Part shown: piece by piece, positions 21,601 to 33,600 of the stretch
Layout of the letters: each line of letters opens with the position of its first letter
Numbering within the stretch: position 1 is the stretch's first letter
DNA from: Orbicella franksi
Lineage: Eukaryota
Direction: 5' to 3'
Assembly: GCA_964199315.1 (NCBI GenBank)
Contig: OZ116699.1
Location: 32,984,001 to 33,048,000, forward strand
DNA: 64,000 bases
Program-made: the position numbers and the translations under genes
Notes under the pieces: generated by a model
Databases searched by the model: none
What the model saw: the letters and a program-made list of their open reading frames with translations, nothing else
What the model was told of the DNA's origin: nothing

Positions 21601-24600
21601 AACCACTCCCACTCCAAGACACCTTTGCTTTCCTATTTCCTGAATAAGAACCTTTAAGAGTGGACGAAAGAATAAAATTTATGTCACGCTATCAAAAGAC
21701 AAAGTAGATATAAAGATGATCATGTATACTAAACGTCCTTGATGCCATAGGTGTTGTTGTTGTTGTTGTTTTCCTATGTTGTTTGTGCTGATGATGTTGT
21801 TGATGGAAATGATTATCATGACTTGTGTTTATTTCACTGTCTCCTCCACAGGCGTTTCTTTATTGTTTTCTTAGCGCAAGGGGGGATTGGGATATTTTTG
21901 ATAATCGCGCGGGGGACTGAGGACGAGGTAGTTTATTTTACCGACCCCGACTTTAATACAATTTCCTTGCATGACACATTGGACAGGTGAAATCATTGAC
22001 CAGTGAAAATGGCTACAGTATTTCAAATCATGCTGGAACGTCATGTGAAAGGTCTGCTTTCGAAAATGAAGTCTTAACTGTATCAGTCTGGCCTTGAGAC
22101 TGGTTTCATCTTACAAATACAGTGGAACCCAGCCTTACGGCCACCAGTTCATATGGCCACCTTGTCATTATGGCAACTTTATTCTGGTTCAAACAAAAGC
22201 TCAGTCAGTCCCGTGATTTTCTTGTATAAAGAACCCTTTTAACACAGCCATTCCATTATTGTGGTCCGTTGGTGACCGGATTCACTGTACTAGTAAGCAA
22301 GATGTGATTGACTAGCCACCTGGGTTATAATGCACTGTTAAAGAGATTTCACTCATACGCACCTCAAGATGGGGAAATTCTGGAGAAAAGGGCACGAGAT
22401 ATCTTGCGCCATGGCATTCGTCTGATTCACCATGGCAGGTGTCGCAGAAGTTTCCTCCTTCACAAACCAGGAGAGAGCCTTCTATTCTAATGCCTTGACT
22501 CTGCCATGCCTAAAGAAAAGAAAGAGTTGAACCACTTGTCTATATCCATAGAAGGTTTAATGTGGCCCTCTGGGGGCTTTTAAGACACTCCCCCAGTAAC
22601 TCATTGAGTATTAAGGCTACGAAAATGAACCTTAGACAACCTGTACCACGTCCACGAACATTTTCGTTGATACTATTAACACGGAGTTGTGAGGACTTAT
22701 GACGTAGTAATGATGCCATCCTAAAAGACGCCACAATGGATCGTTGAGTTTAGGAAAACCAATAAACAGGCTCAAAAATAGTAAAAAATAATAAAGATTT
22801 TCTTGGAGGTAAAAGTGCATTTTCGGCTGACCTTTGGACCAGTAGGTAGCATTCCTTGATCAGGCACATGCGTTGTGAAGGTCCTGTGAACAATCTGATT
22901 GAGCAGTTCCCGGTTCCCCTCGGTTTCTCGAATTAATTGGTCCATCTTTCTGTCATCTGACGTCAAAAATGAAGAAAAAAAGCATTACTGCCGTAGCTGA
23001 AGCCAAAACTCTTAGAGATGACTAAAAGTGTCTCAGTAAGGAAATGAGCCGGAGTAAAAGAAAGCTTTAAGTTTGCGAAGTAAATTTTTGTGCTGATGAC
23101 AGTAAAAGCAAAGGCTGTTTAATTAGTTTCGCATGAAAGGCGAGACAAAAGGACATAAAGTAATCTTAGGAAAGAAACAAAATTGCATAAAGCCTGCCAG
23201 TTTCCCTGTGCGATCAAACCGCTATGGATTTGAGTCGCGAAAACAGTTTCTTTATAAATTTTAAAAGCGAGTTATGCAGGTTTTATGATCTTCCAATAAA
23301 TAGTCTTACCAGTAAGAGGAAAAGAATTTCCATAAGTTGCAAAATATGTTTGCAGAAGATTTTGAACAACCGCATTCAGAAATTTGTTCTGTTGAGTAAA
23401 AAGAACCAAGATCACAAACAAAAAGCCATTGTGTGGGTCTCTAAATATTAAGTAATAGGAATTGTCGCGCTGTCGGATAAATCGTCTGTTGCAAGCACGA
23501 GAAACGTAAGGGGCAATCGAGACTTTACGTGCTTTCAAGACTTTTCAATTGTAAGAAGCTTTCCCTGCTGTTTGCACTAGGTTATGTGGAGAGGAAGCGT
23601 CTGCTTTCATTTCATGTATAAAATACAAACACGTCAACAAACCTATTGAAGACGACTATAGACAGCCACGGTTCAGGGTGCGCTTTACATGAATGAATTT
23701 TACAAACATGTAGTCACTGGAAAAGTTGAAAATTTCCATGGACATGTCAATTTTAATTTACAGTATGTAAATCTTGATTTACATTCTTTGTAAATTACAA
23801 TTTACATGTTAGGGTTTTGTAAAATAAAATTACAGGAAATTTACAGCTTTTAGTACAGCATGTAAATGTTCTGTAAATAGTGATTTACATTGTCTTTGTC
23901 GAGAATGATCATTTGAAGAACATGTAAAAACCTGTAAAATATTTTACGCACTTTTACAGTATCTGCCTTTGTAAAAAACATGTAAATTGCTTTGCTAAAC
24001 CACGTGAGAAACGTGTAAATAATTCAACCGAATGCTGTAAAAAGTCTGGAAATGTTATGTTTGTAGCCCTGTAAAAACCATGTAAATGGAAAAAGGAGGC
24101 CTTTAAGAAACATGTAAAAACCATAAATGAAAAAAGGGGGCCTGTAAGAAACATGTAAAAACAATGTAAATGAAAGAAAGGGAGCCGGTAAGAAACATGT
24201 AAAAATCATGTAAATGGAAAACCTAGAAGTTGCACGGGTGCAGTGAGGGGTTGTAAATAATGAATACACTGCGAACATACACGGGCCTTGGCATCATTGT
24301 CATATTCTTGTCCTCTACAGCAAGCCATGCACTTGACTCCCACGCAAAGATTTGAGATGAGATTAAGAGGAACTGGGATGGGATGATAGCTGCTGTATGT
24401 CTGTATCGTGATAGCTTTCCTGAACGACCATTCCTTGTAAGCGTTGTCCTAAGCCAAAATTATTGAGCGAAAAAAACACCCTTATATTAGTAGAATAGAA
24501 TTGCCCACAATAAGAGTTAATCGCCCTAAGTTATATTTACCTATTTTCGTCCTGGCACATTGATATTATTAAATATAAATACAAGTCTTATATTTCGCCC

Positions 24601-27600
24601 TTCATGTACCTGCATGGAGCACGAATGCGACTACGCGAAACAACATTTATATCGTATCTTTGTTTATTTTTAAGAGTGTGTCGACGAGAAAACCAGGCAG
24701 AACCAGGCAGGAGGCGATACAGCTCAAATCACCAATTGCGCTCAAACTTGGCACAAATTTTGGGTTTGGTGAGTAAATGACTGTGGAAAAACAGTAGGTC
24801 AAAATATTTGATTCCCATCAAGTTAGAGGGACCCCCTGCAAAAATGGCCATTTGACGCTTATTTATGCATATTTAATTAGCCATCTTTAGTTTAGTATTT
24901 CTACAAACTTGATGGGAATCAAATATTTTGACCTACTGTTTTGCCACAATCCTTCTTACCAAACCCAACCTTTGTGCCAAGTTTGAGCGAAATGATTTGA
25001 GCTGTATCACCTCCTGCCTGGTTTTCTCATGGACACACTTTAAATGTGGTAAACTGGAATAGAAATGTTTGTGAGTAAGTGATGCTGAAGAAATACAGTA
25101 AAAACCTGCATATAAGAACCTACTAGGTTTCTTCAAGTTAGCCTCCATAGGTTCTTATATAAATTTTGCTTAATGCGAAATTAGGTTCTTATATCAGGTT
25201 CTTAATTTTTGTTTAAAAAAACGACAACTTGTACTCATGGGTGTGGCCGTCATATTGAATCATTCGCAGGACAGTACTGTGGTCTTATAACTCTGCCAGT
25301 ATTCTAGCTTGCTTTTTTTTTACCTTTTATTGCATCGCCTGTGATGTACCGTATTATATTTGAAAAAACTTTATATTTTGAAAATGTGTATTGATATTTT
25401 AGCCTAGAATGGTTTTTATGTGAAGAGTGCTTAACTGGGGAATTTGTAGCCCAACAGGGTCTTAAATGTTAGGTTCTTATACGTGGGTTTTTACTGTATA
25501 ATCCTGTGGATAATGGAACGGGCTGATTTCAATTTTTATTACATGTGCAGAAGAAAGAGCCATTCTTTCCAGGTTAGGGGCTTTGCACACTTATTGACTT
25601 AGAAGCTGTTTGATCAGTCATGTATTGGAGATCACATTTGCATTGGACCAACCATACACTGGTTTTCACGAAGAAAAAAAAGACAGCCAAAACTTGTTAC
25701 CTTCACTCGCTGGTATGTGTTCGACAGGAGAGCTATCATCACGTTGACAAGGAGAACTACACCCCTGATAAGAAAGGCCCCATACAATAATTGAGCCAGC
25801 GTCACTGAGGCACTGTCGCCAGAGTCCAGAGGATCCAATTCCTCTATACCCAGCAGAGACCAGCAAAGATGTTTAAACAACGCCCACCAACTTAAAGAGA
25901 GAAATTGACGTTTTGAAAACATTAGAATTATAAAATTTAATCGAAAGTTCCAAAAAGCTGGACGTACAGCAGGAGGGTAGCTTTGCACATCCTGTGAGAA
26001 GGACCCATCCCTTGATCAGCAAGCTCAACAATTTAGGCTGTCTTTTCAATACTTAATCTTTCTTTTATTATATGTATACATACTCATTATCATTCTCTCC
26101 CGTAACATTTGTAATGAAGAAGAAATTGAAGATGTCTCTGACGAAACATGTCTGTTAAAATGAAAACCGTCGTTTTATTTCTAAACCAAATTGATAGTTA
26201 TGCGTTGCCGAGCCTAGCTTAAGTAATAAGCAGGAGGATCTAACTTACCAGGCTATCCCAGAGGTATTGCAGACCCTGAAATATAAACCAGGTATCCCAG
26301 TAAGTAATTTAGACTAGTTTGCCCATCTTTTTGTGGCCACACAGTAGCCTGGGTGGTTCTTATAGGAAAAGGTCAGGGATGCTCGTCAGAAAATTGGAGT
26401 TTACCAAGGAGATGAATCTGGGTGTGGTTTGAGCTTTATTCGGATCCCTAAAAGAGACCACATAAATCCGAAATGACAGCGTTTTTCTAAGTATTTCTTT
26501 CGATACACCCTAAAAGAGATATGACGGCTAAAAATAGTGGCGTTTTGTCCTTACACCCTAAGCCTTGAAATACTCCTGTAAGCGAGAGGACGAACATCCC
26601 CGACCTTTTCATATGGAGTCCCTTCGTGCATAGAAGTGGTCGTTTTCGACTTACGGTCAGGTCAACTATGTGGAGGAGATTATATTTCTTTTGCATGAAC
26701 ATGTCCATAATTAGGTAAACCACAGGACACGCCAAAAAGTTCCAAAAGTCACCACATCCCTACATGCACTTGCTACCGTCCGAAAATCGCAATGAAAATT
26801 TTTAATGTTGTTTCAAAAATAACTGGCCTCCCAGCCCCTCGAGTCTTTCTACCTCCCTAATTTAGGCAAAGGAAAAGGTTGTCATTACTTTCGAAACTAA
26901 AAGGTGTTTGCTTGACACAAAATTCAACGCCGATATCAATATAAATCAAGGTCACTCAAATACGACTGATCAAGCGACTAAAGCATGTTAAAATAAGTCA
27001 CTATTTTCAAACCGTTGTGTCATACTCACAGGTTATCTTTATAGCTTTCCTGGGCAATGTACGACTTTTCTGCCATATACACCTTTGTTATGGCGATTGA
27101 GAAAGCCAAAATGGTCGCCACGAACTGCCAAAATATCGTAGCAATGTCACCAATGAACTGGAACAAAGTTATTTGAATGGTACCAATCTCTTGAATGGTC
27201 TCCATGACATGACCAAACGCCCTAAGTGTCAAGAACATGGTGTTGAGGCCGTACAGAAAACTGGCTATGACAAGAGGTCGGTTGTTGGTCACTGACGCAG
27301 ACGTGGCCCATGTCAACATTCTCAGCAGAATGGTGATCAAGTAGATCACTAGAGTAATGGAATTCAGAATGTTCCATCTATCGCTGAAAGGAAGCAGCAA
27401 AAGAGAAAATTAATGAATATAATTTGACAGCATACCATTCCGAATTGAGATAGGAAATGGCCTCAGAAACAGGCTTTCCATTCCAAAACAGGGTCACGCC
27501 TACGGTTTCTGTTCCCGCAGTACTAATGCTTAGCTCGAGATTTCTGGCTTTGATTTCTGGCTTTGATTTGACGAGGAACAGCATATTTTGTTGTAAATGA

Positions 27601-30600
27601 CACAATTATGTATTTCCTGCCTGCCGACAGCGATCGAAGAGCGAGTTGTCGAAGGCCGTGGGTGACCCAGTTTTGGCGCCAAATTAAACGTTTGAAGACA
27701 AAATGTTCAAATTTTCCCCTTTGTAAATCTGATATGTTTTGTTATTATAAATCCCTTTTCTTAAATAATGAATGTTTTGTCTAGTGAGAAACGGTGCCCG
27801 ACTTCAATGCCTTTCTGACATCAGGCCGACTGGCACACAAGTTTGCCGCGGTTATTGTTTCAAGGTGCATGACCTGATCACGTGAGAGTCGAAAGTTAAA
27901 GTTAAGTGAGTTTTGTTTGCCCTAGGGAGTTAATTAGTGAGTTTTGACCCATGATACGTGACACGTTCTCCTCCAATCAGAAACCGTACTTAAGTTGAAA
28001 GGTATAATTAAGTGATTTGATCGTTCACGTTTCTGACTGAGTAAGCTTGATCAATCAGTTCGATTTTTATGTTCTACGATTTTCATGACCAATCTCATTA
28101 AATACGAATTACACAAGTGCGTGCTGTGGAAGTTTATTTCGCCCAACAAAAGAAAGTTGGACTTCATCATGAGATCACTGCAGCATCTTGTGAAAACTCC
28201 ACACAGAGCTACAAAGGAGAGCTGGGATGAACTTTCAAAATAAACCTTGACGAGAATGATAAAAATACTGGTTTAATGAGACTACTCACTAGTGGAGAAC
28301 TGTTTATCAAGGAGGGGGAGAGGGGTGTTTTATCCATCATTGGCAGAACACGTGTTGCTGCTGATTCTTTTTCGTTTTTTTAAGAAAAAGCTACTTCCAC
28401 AATACCTTAGGTATTTTCCACATATCTTTGCAAACATAGTTGATCTTGATACTCGACAGCTTTCTTCATCTTCTTTACCTTCTCCATTCTCACCACCCCT
28501 GATTTCATTCTGTGCGCCTTGCTCTTCATTTTTATTGCACCTTGTATATTTGTTCCCCATCTGCTTCTTAATCACGATGCCTCTTCCCTCATCTACTTTG
28601 ACGTTCTGAAACTGTTTGCTCTCCATCAGTATTCGACCCATAAAGAAAATCAGAATGACCCACTCTAGACCGCTGAACGGAATGACCGAGGGCGAGAGAC
28701 ACAAGGCAAAGTGCAGGCCAAGAAGGATGAGATAACTCAGTGCCTCACGGACGAATATGAAGTAAGGTGTCGTGAAATACTCGTGGTAGCTCTCTGCGAT
28801 AAAGTTAAATAAACCAGTTAAATGATTGTTCAACAAGCTTGGAATTTCCTTTTGAATGACTCCTTTTTATTTCGTCGAAATAAAGGAAGATGCAATAAAC
28901 AACTAACCGTACATATCTTTTCCTTGCAGGTCTGTTGAAAACAAACAAACAAAAAAACAGTAAAAACGAAATCAAAAGGTCTGTGGTAAGGCAATTTTTG
29001 GAGGGAGGAAGGGGCGTACGACTTGCTCAGAGTCGCTCTTCGGAGCACGTGACAAATGAGGTCACAACCAACAAGCCTTCATAGAATGTTTCTTCATTAG
29101 AATATCTTCCAACGTGTAATTTCATGATACTCAATGTTTCAATTTGAAGTAAAAACTAATGGTAAATTAAAGCGCCCGACGTTTCGACCGAGCTTCAGTC
29201 ATTGTCAAGTTAAAAAGTGAAGATAAAAATTTTGCATGAGTATAAATATAAAACAAACAAGTAAAAGTATGTAAGATATGAAAATGTAAAAGAGGGTGTT
29301 AAGAACAATAAAATTCATGCAAGAATAACGTAATCAAAAATGAATTTTTAACGACGAAACGATGTGCTCCTCGACCTAGTTCCCACTTGTTTTTGCTCAT
29401 GTGTATAACCTCCTTAATTTCAGACGCCAGGGCTATGATGGCCATTTCCAAATACCCGTTAACAAAATACTTGCGATTATGTTAAATTGCTTTTCATTTT
29501 ATCATTACCCGTTCCCGCGGTCGATCAGCTAAAAAGCACTCTTCATAGCCACGTAATTGTTGACGTCATCGCACACCGTATGCAAAAAAGTTTTTGCAAT
29601 CAGTGTTTCAACCCGGTGTATGCCGGGTCTTTATATCAACAAAGTTATTGGGCATTTGAACTTTTTCAGGTGCAAGTAATGCTTTGAAAGTTCTTATAAT
29701 AATTAAGGATTGTTTTAATTATCGATGGGTTTCCACTAAAATTTTACCGCTGGGAAGACAATTTTGGGAAAAGAAACTAGGCTGAGAAATTCTGTTCAGA
29801 TTGTTAATGCCTCTTCAAGGCCCTTATCGACCTACATCAAGAACAAACAACCTCCCCAGCGATAAATATCACAGGGTTACGTTATTGCTGTACCGTGCCA
29901 AATCCGTGTGGAGACTGTCTCTGGTTTTTCGTATTCTCCAAAGTGGATGATGTCTAGCTTATTATCGGTGATAGTCTCTAATTCTCGGATATTGACGTGA
30001 GGTCCAACGGCAACCGGGAGTAGCTTGATGTCCTTCATGGCTTTTACTTGATTCTCTACCAGGCCCCTCTCATGTTTCGTACTTGTCTTGTGATCCGTGA
30101 AGAATATTGCTACCTGCCAAAAACTAATTTGTAAGTTTTATCGGAGCTCCAACGGCCCGAAGGACCGCCAAGCGAAGCCCATACCCATATAGCAAAGAAA
30201 AGCAAACCCATGAATTGATTTTCTCATGATTATCATGGCTAGCGGTATTGCTCGTGGGCGCGCACGCACGACGACGGCGACGAAGTCACCCAAGATGGCG
30301 GCCATACTCCAGCTAATGGGTTGACAGAGACATGAACCCTCGATTTAACGCGTTCCTCTTTGATATTGAAAATCCATGTTATGGTCAATTGATGCCTGTC
30401 AAAACAAGATATCCGCTGACCAGTATCATGTTACCATATCCCGGGCTCAAGTTTAGAGCTCATCGAGGTCAAGTGTGTTTTTTTTAATTTACCGCAGACC
30501 AAGAGCTGTTTTTTTATTGGATCGCGGGTTCATGTCAGGTTAACTTGTTGTAAACAGGTCCGGGTAGTTCGGAAGCCGGTTAACGCTAACCCACGATTGT

Positions 30601-33600
30601 TAAAGTTAACAGAAGTATAATTTTTTCTTGTATATAAATGCTTTTCACTGCTTTTGTTTTGTGTATTTTGAGGACCTTGAGATTATTCAAACTCAAAACA
30701 GGCCAAACAACATAAACGGAACACCTCCCCGTAAAGTTCCAAAACTCAAATCAAAATTCTCGCTTATCCTGGGTTAGCTTAATCGGGCTTTGAACAATCC
30801 GGCTCAGGAGCTCCGCTTTTAGGCTTGGTTAAATCTATATATTAGTGATACTTAAGACCTTATGGTACAGTTGAAAAGGAAACCATTGGTTCTTCTTCAA
30901 TTTGAAAAAAAATGCTTACAGCATACTAACTTCTTTTTAACTAATCACTGGTAGTTTCGCTTTTATGCCCTAGTCGCTATGGCAGTAACAATTTCTTTAA
31001 AATTTGAATTCTAAATTGACAACTTTAAAGAAATGCTATTCAGACGTACTCTCTTGGCGCAAACTTGCTATATTGTCTTCGAATGGTAATAAACAAATTT
31101 TTCCTGACCAACTTTAAGGAAACATGATAGGAGGAGCGATGTAATGTAGATCTGTAGGTGCTCTTAATAACAGTTTATCGAGGTTTACTCTAGTGTATTG
31201 TGTACTTGTGATTGTGAAAGGAAAAAAAGATAAATACAAAGCGAAGCTAAAAGCTGTCAAATTTTGCGACTTCATAAGGAATTTTTCTGGGAACAATTTC
31301 ATATGACATGCCGTTGCATATCCTGCGTCCGTGAACTATTCAAAGGCCAATATACAATATATATTTCATTTCCCTTAAGAAAACTGGGGCCTTAGGTGCC
31401 CTCTCCACCGAGGCAACTTTACTGAAGCCGAGGAGAAAACTGAGCGGTCCAGTCTGCCGTAATCGTATTGAGGCAAAATTCCGATTTAGCCGACGATTTT
31501 CTTGAGCCCGGTCTAATCTCAGATCGAATGATTGGCCCATTATGCTTTAAGAAAAGGAAATTGCCAATATTGCATAGGTTATTAAATTAAATGCAATATC
31601 TGCATTTGATTCATGGCCTTTTTGAAAATCTATGTGATGACTGGATCGCACCGGCTGACCCACCGACCGATGTTTCAACTGATTGTAATTATTTTACGTA
31701 GTAAATAAAAACACAATGAAGGGGGCAATCCAAATTTATAATTAACTAGCAATCACAATTTGTTACCTTCTCTGACTTCTTTTTGGAGCTGCGAATTAGG
31801 AAATCAGCGTTCGTAAGGTCTTCATGAAGGGCAGGAATCTTTGTAGTTTCTCTCTTGAGTTCTAATTTGCCAATGTCACTCTTGGAGCACATTTTTCTTG
31901 GAGAGGAATCATCTCCGTGAATAACAACTTGATATCTGGTTTTGTCATCTCCATGTTTGTCGACGAATTCCTTTATGGATCTTTTCATCAGGTTGAAGGC
32001 TTTGTTCGCATTCTTCGAAGTTGCATTTATCAAAAAAGCAATCTCTATTCCTAAGTTGAAAGATGACGCACAGTGTTGTTTGAAGCAGTGGGAGGGCAAA
32101 GTTTACAACTCATGGTAGGAAATTTCACTTCATCATTTGCATGTACTATTTTCTTAACCAAAAGGGCGTCTCGGTAGTGAGCGTATGAAAACGAGCACTG
32201 AGCGCGAGGTCGACCTCGTTTATTTGCGCTTGACCCACCCCACCTCACTGCATTTGTTCAATTGCTTGCGTCTTCGTGAAACAGATCTAGACTAGGATAG
32301 ATCCCAGTACACGCTCAGTCAGGAGTAGGAACACTGGGGAAAGTTTTTTCTGGAAGCCTAAGTAACAGTTTTTCCGTTTTCAAAGTTAAAACGGTCGGTG
32401 AAAGAAATGAAAAATATGTTATTCCTTAATTGGACAACAGATGACCCAAGAAGACAGAAACATGGCACAAACATGTTTTCCGACAAACCCCGGTTTGAAA
32501 AGTATGCTTGATTCAGAATATGAATCTTTCATTATACCTTTGTCTTTCAGCTTGTTTTTGTTCCTGCGGTGCTTGACGTAAAACACAGCGAAAAGAAACG
32601 GAAACATCACTAAATCAAACAAGCACCAGATGTGCAGCAAAATCCACAGCCAGCCTTGCAGTGATAGCCATGAACATCTCTTCATTCTGCCAAACTTTCC
32701 CAGCCATTTATCACTCATCAAGTTGAAAATTACCGGATGTGCAAAAAACTGAGAAATCAATGAGAAAATTATGACTGTAGGAGCGGAAGGTTCATAAAGA
32801 ATGCATAGCACTTCTGCCATTTGCTTTTAGTCACCTAATTAATCTCGCAGCTCGTGTTTAACTTAAGTCTGTTGTTTTCTATGTAGTAAATGTTGCATTT
32901 TATGCGTGGTATGGATCACTGGTGCAAATATTGTTAGGGGAATATGAAGACGAAGTATAAAAGTAGAAATTTTAAAGAACAATAAGGAATGTAAGCCAAG
33001 TATACTTAGGAATGTATTGGGAGACGTGGTGAAGGTAGCACTATCGTGAAAGAATTAAAAAAACTTCAAGGTAAAGAACAGTTTATAACCGACTTAAATT
33101 GGCAAATGGGATTTATTTTCAATGATTTGAGCGAAGTTTGGAAGAAATGTCTTGTCAGGATGAAAAAAATTGGAAACAAATCGCTGTTTATGTCCGAATA
33201 AGGTCAGCTGTCTATTATGCACTGATAACAGACACATGCAAGAAGAGAAGCTTACGAACGAATAGGAACATTTAAAATCGATAATAGATAGTTTGAATTT
33301 AAGTAAGTTTTTCAAAGCTTCTATCTACGATTGATCTGTTCTACATGACCTACAAAGCCGCTTACTGTCTTTTGTTTCCTGTCAATCCCAGCACCCATTA
33401 GGTCATCTAAAGAATCCCCAAATACATGATGTGCTTCTGTGTTGGATTTCAGAGGATCGAGTAAACAAGAAGTAAACTCGTCCACTGAGCTAGCCATCTT
33501 CGCAAACTCTTCTGCCACGGGACCTTTCTCCTTTGCCAAACTGCGAAGCTTTGAATTCGCCTAAAAAACACATTGAATCTGTACAGGCCCGCAGACGATC

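Noticed and set aside
22540-22820. ORFs 22540-22734 and 22632-22820 as extra TRP exons
   Set aside because: The phase-0 reading from the available acceptor hits a stop (TCA TAA). The flanking exons join in frame without them.
23660-24240. Coding or regulatory role for the catgtaaa-rich block with a ~45-bp tandem unit
   Set aside because: It looks like the subterminal repeats of a truncated DNA transposon. Its ends are not resolvable and its ORFs are low-complexity.
29100-29430. Second Penelope element
   Set aside because: Only a short acgtttcgacc...gtcattgtcaag motif is suggestive, and there is no translatable support.
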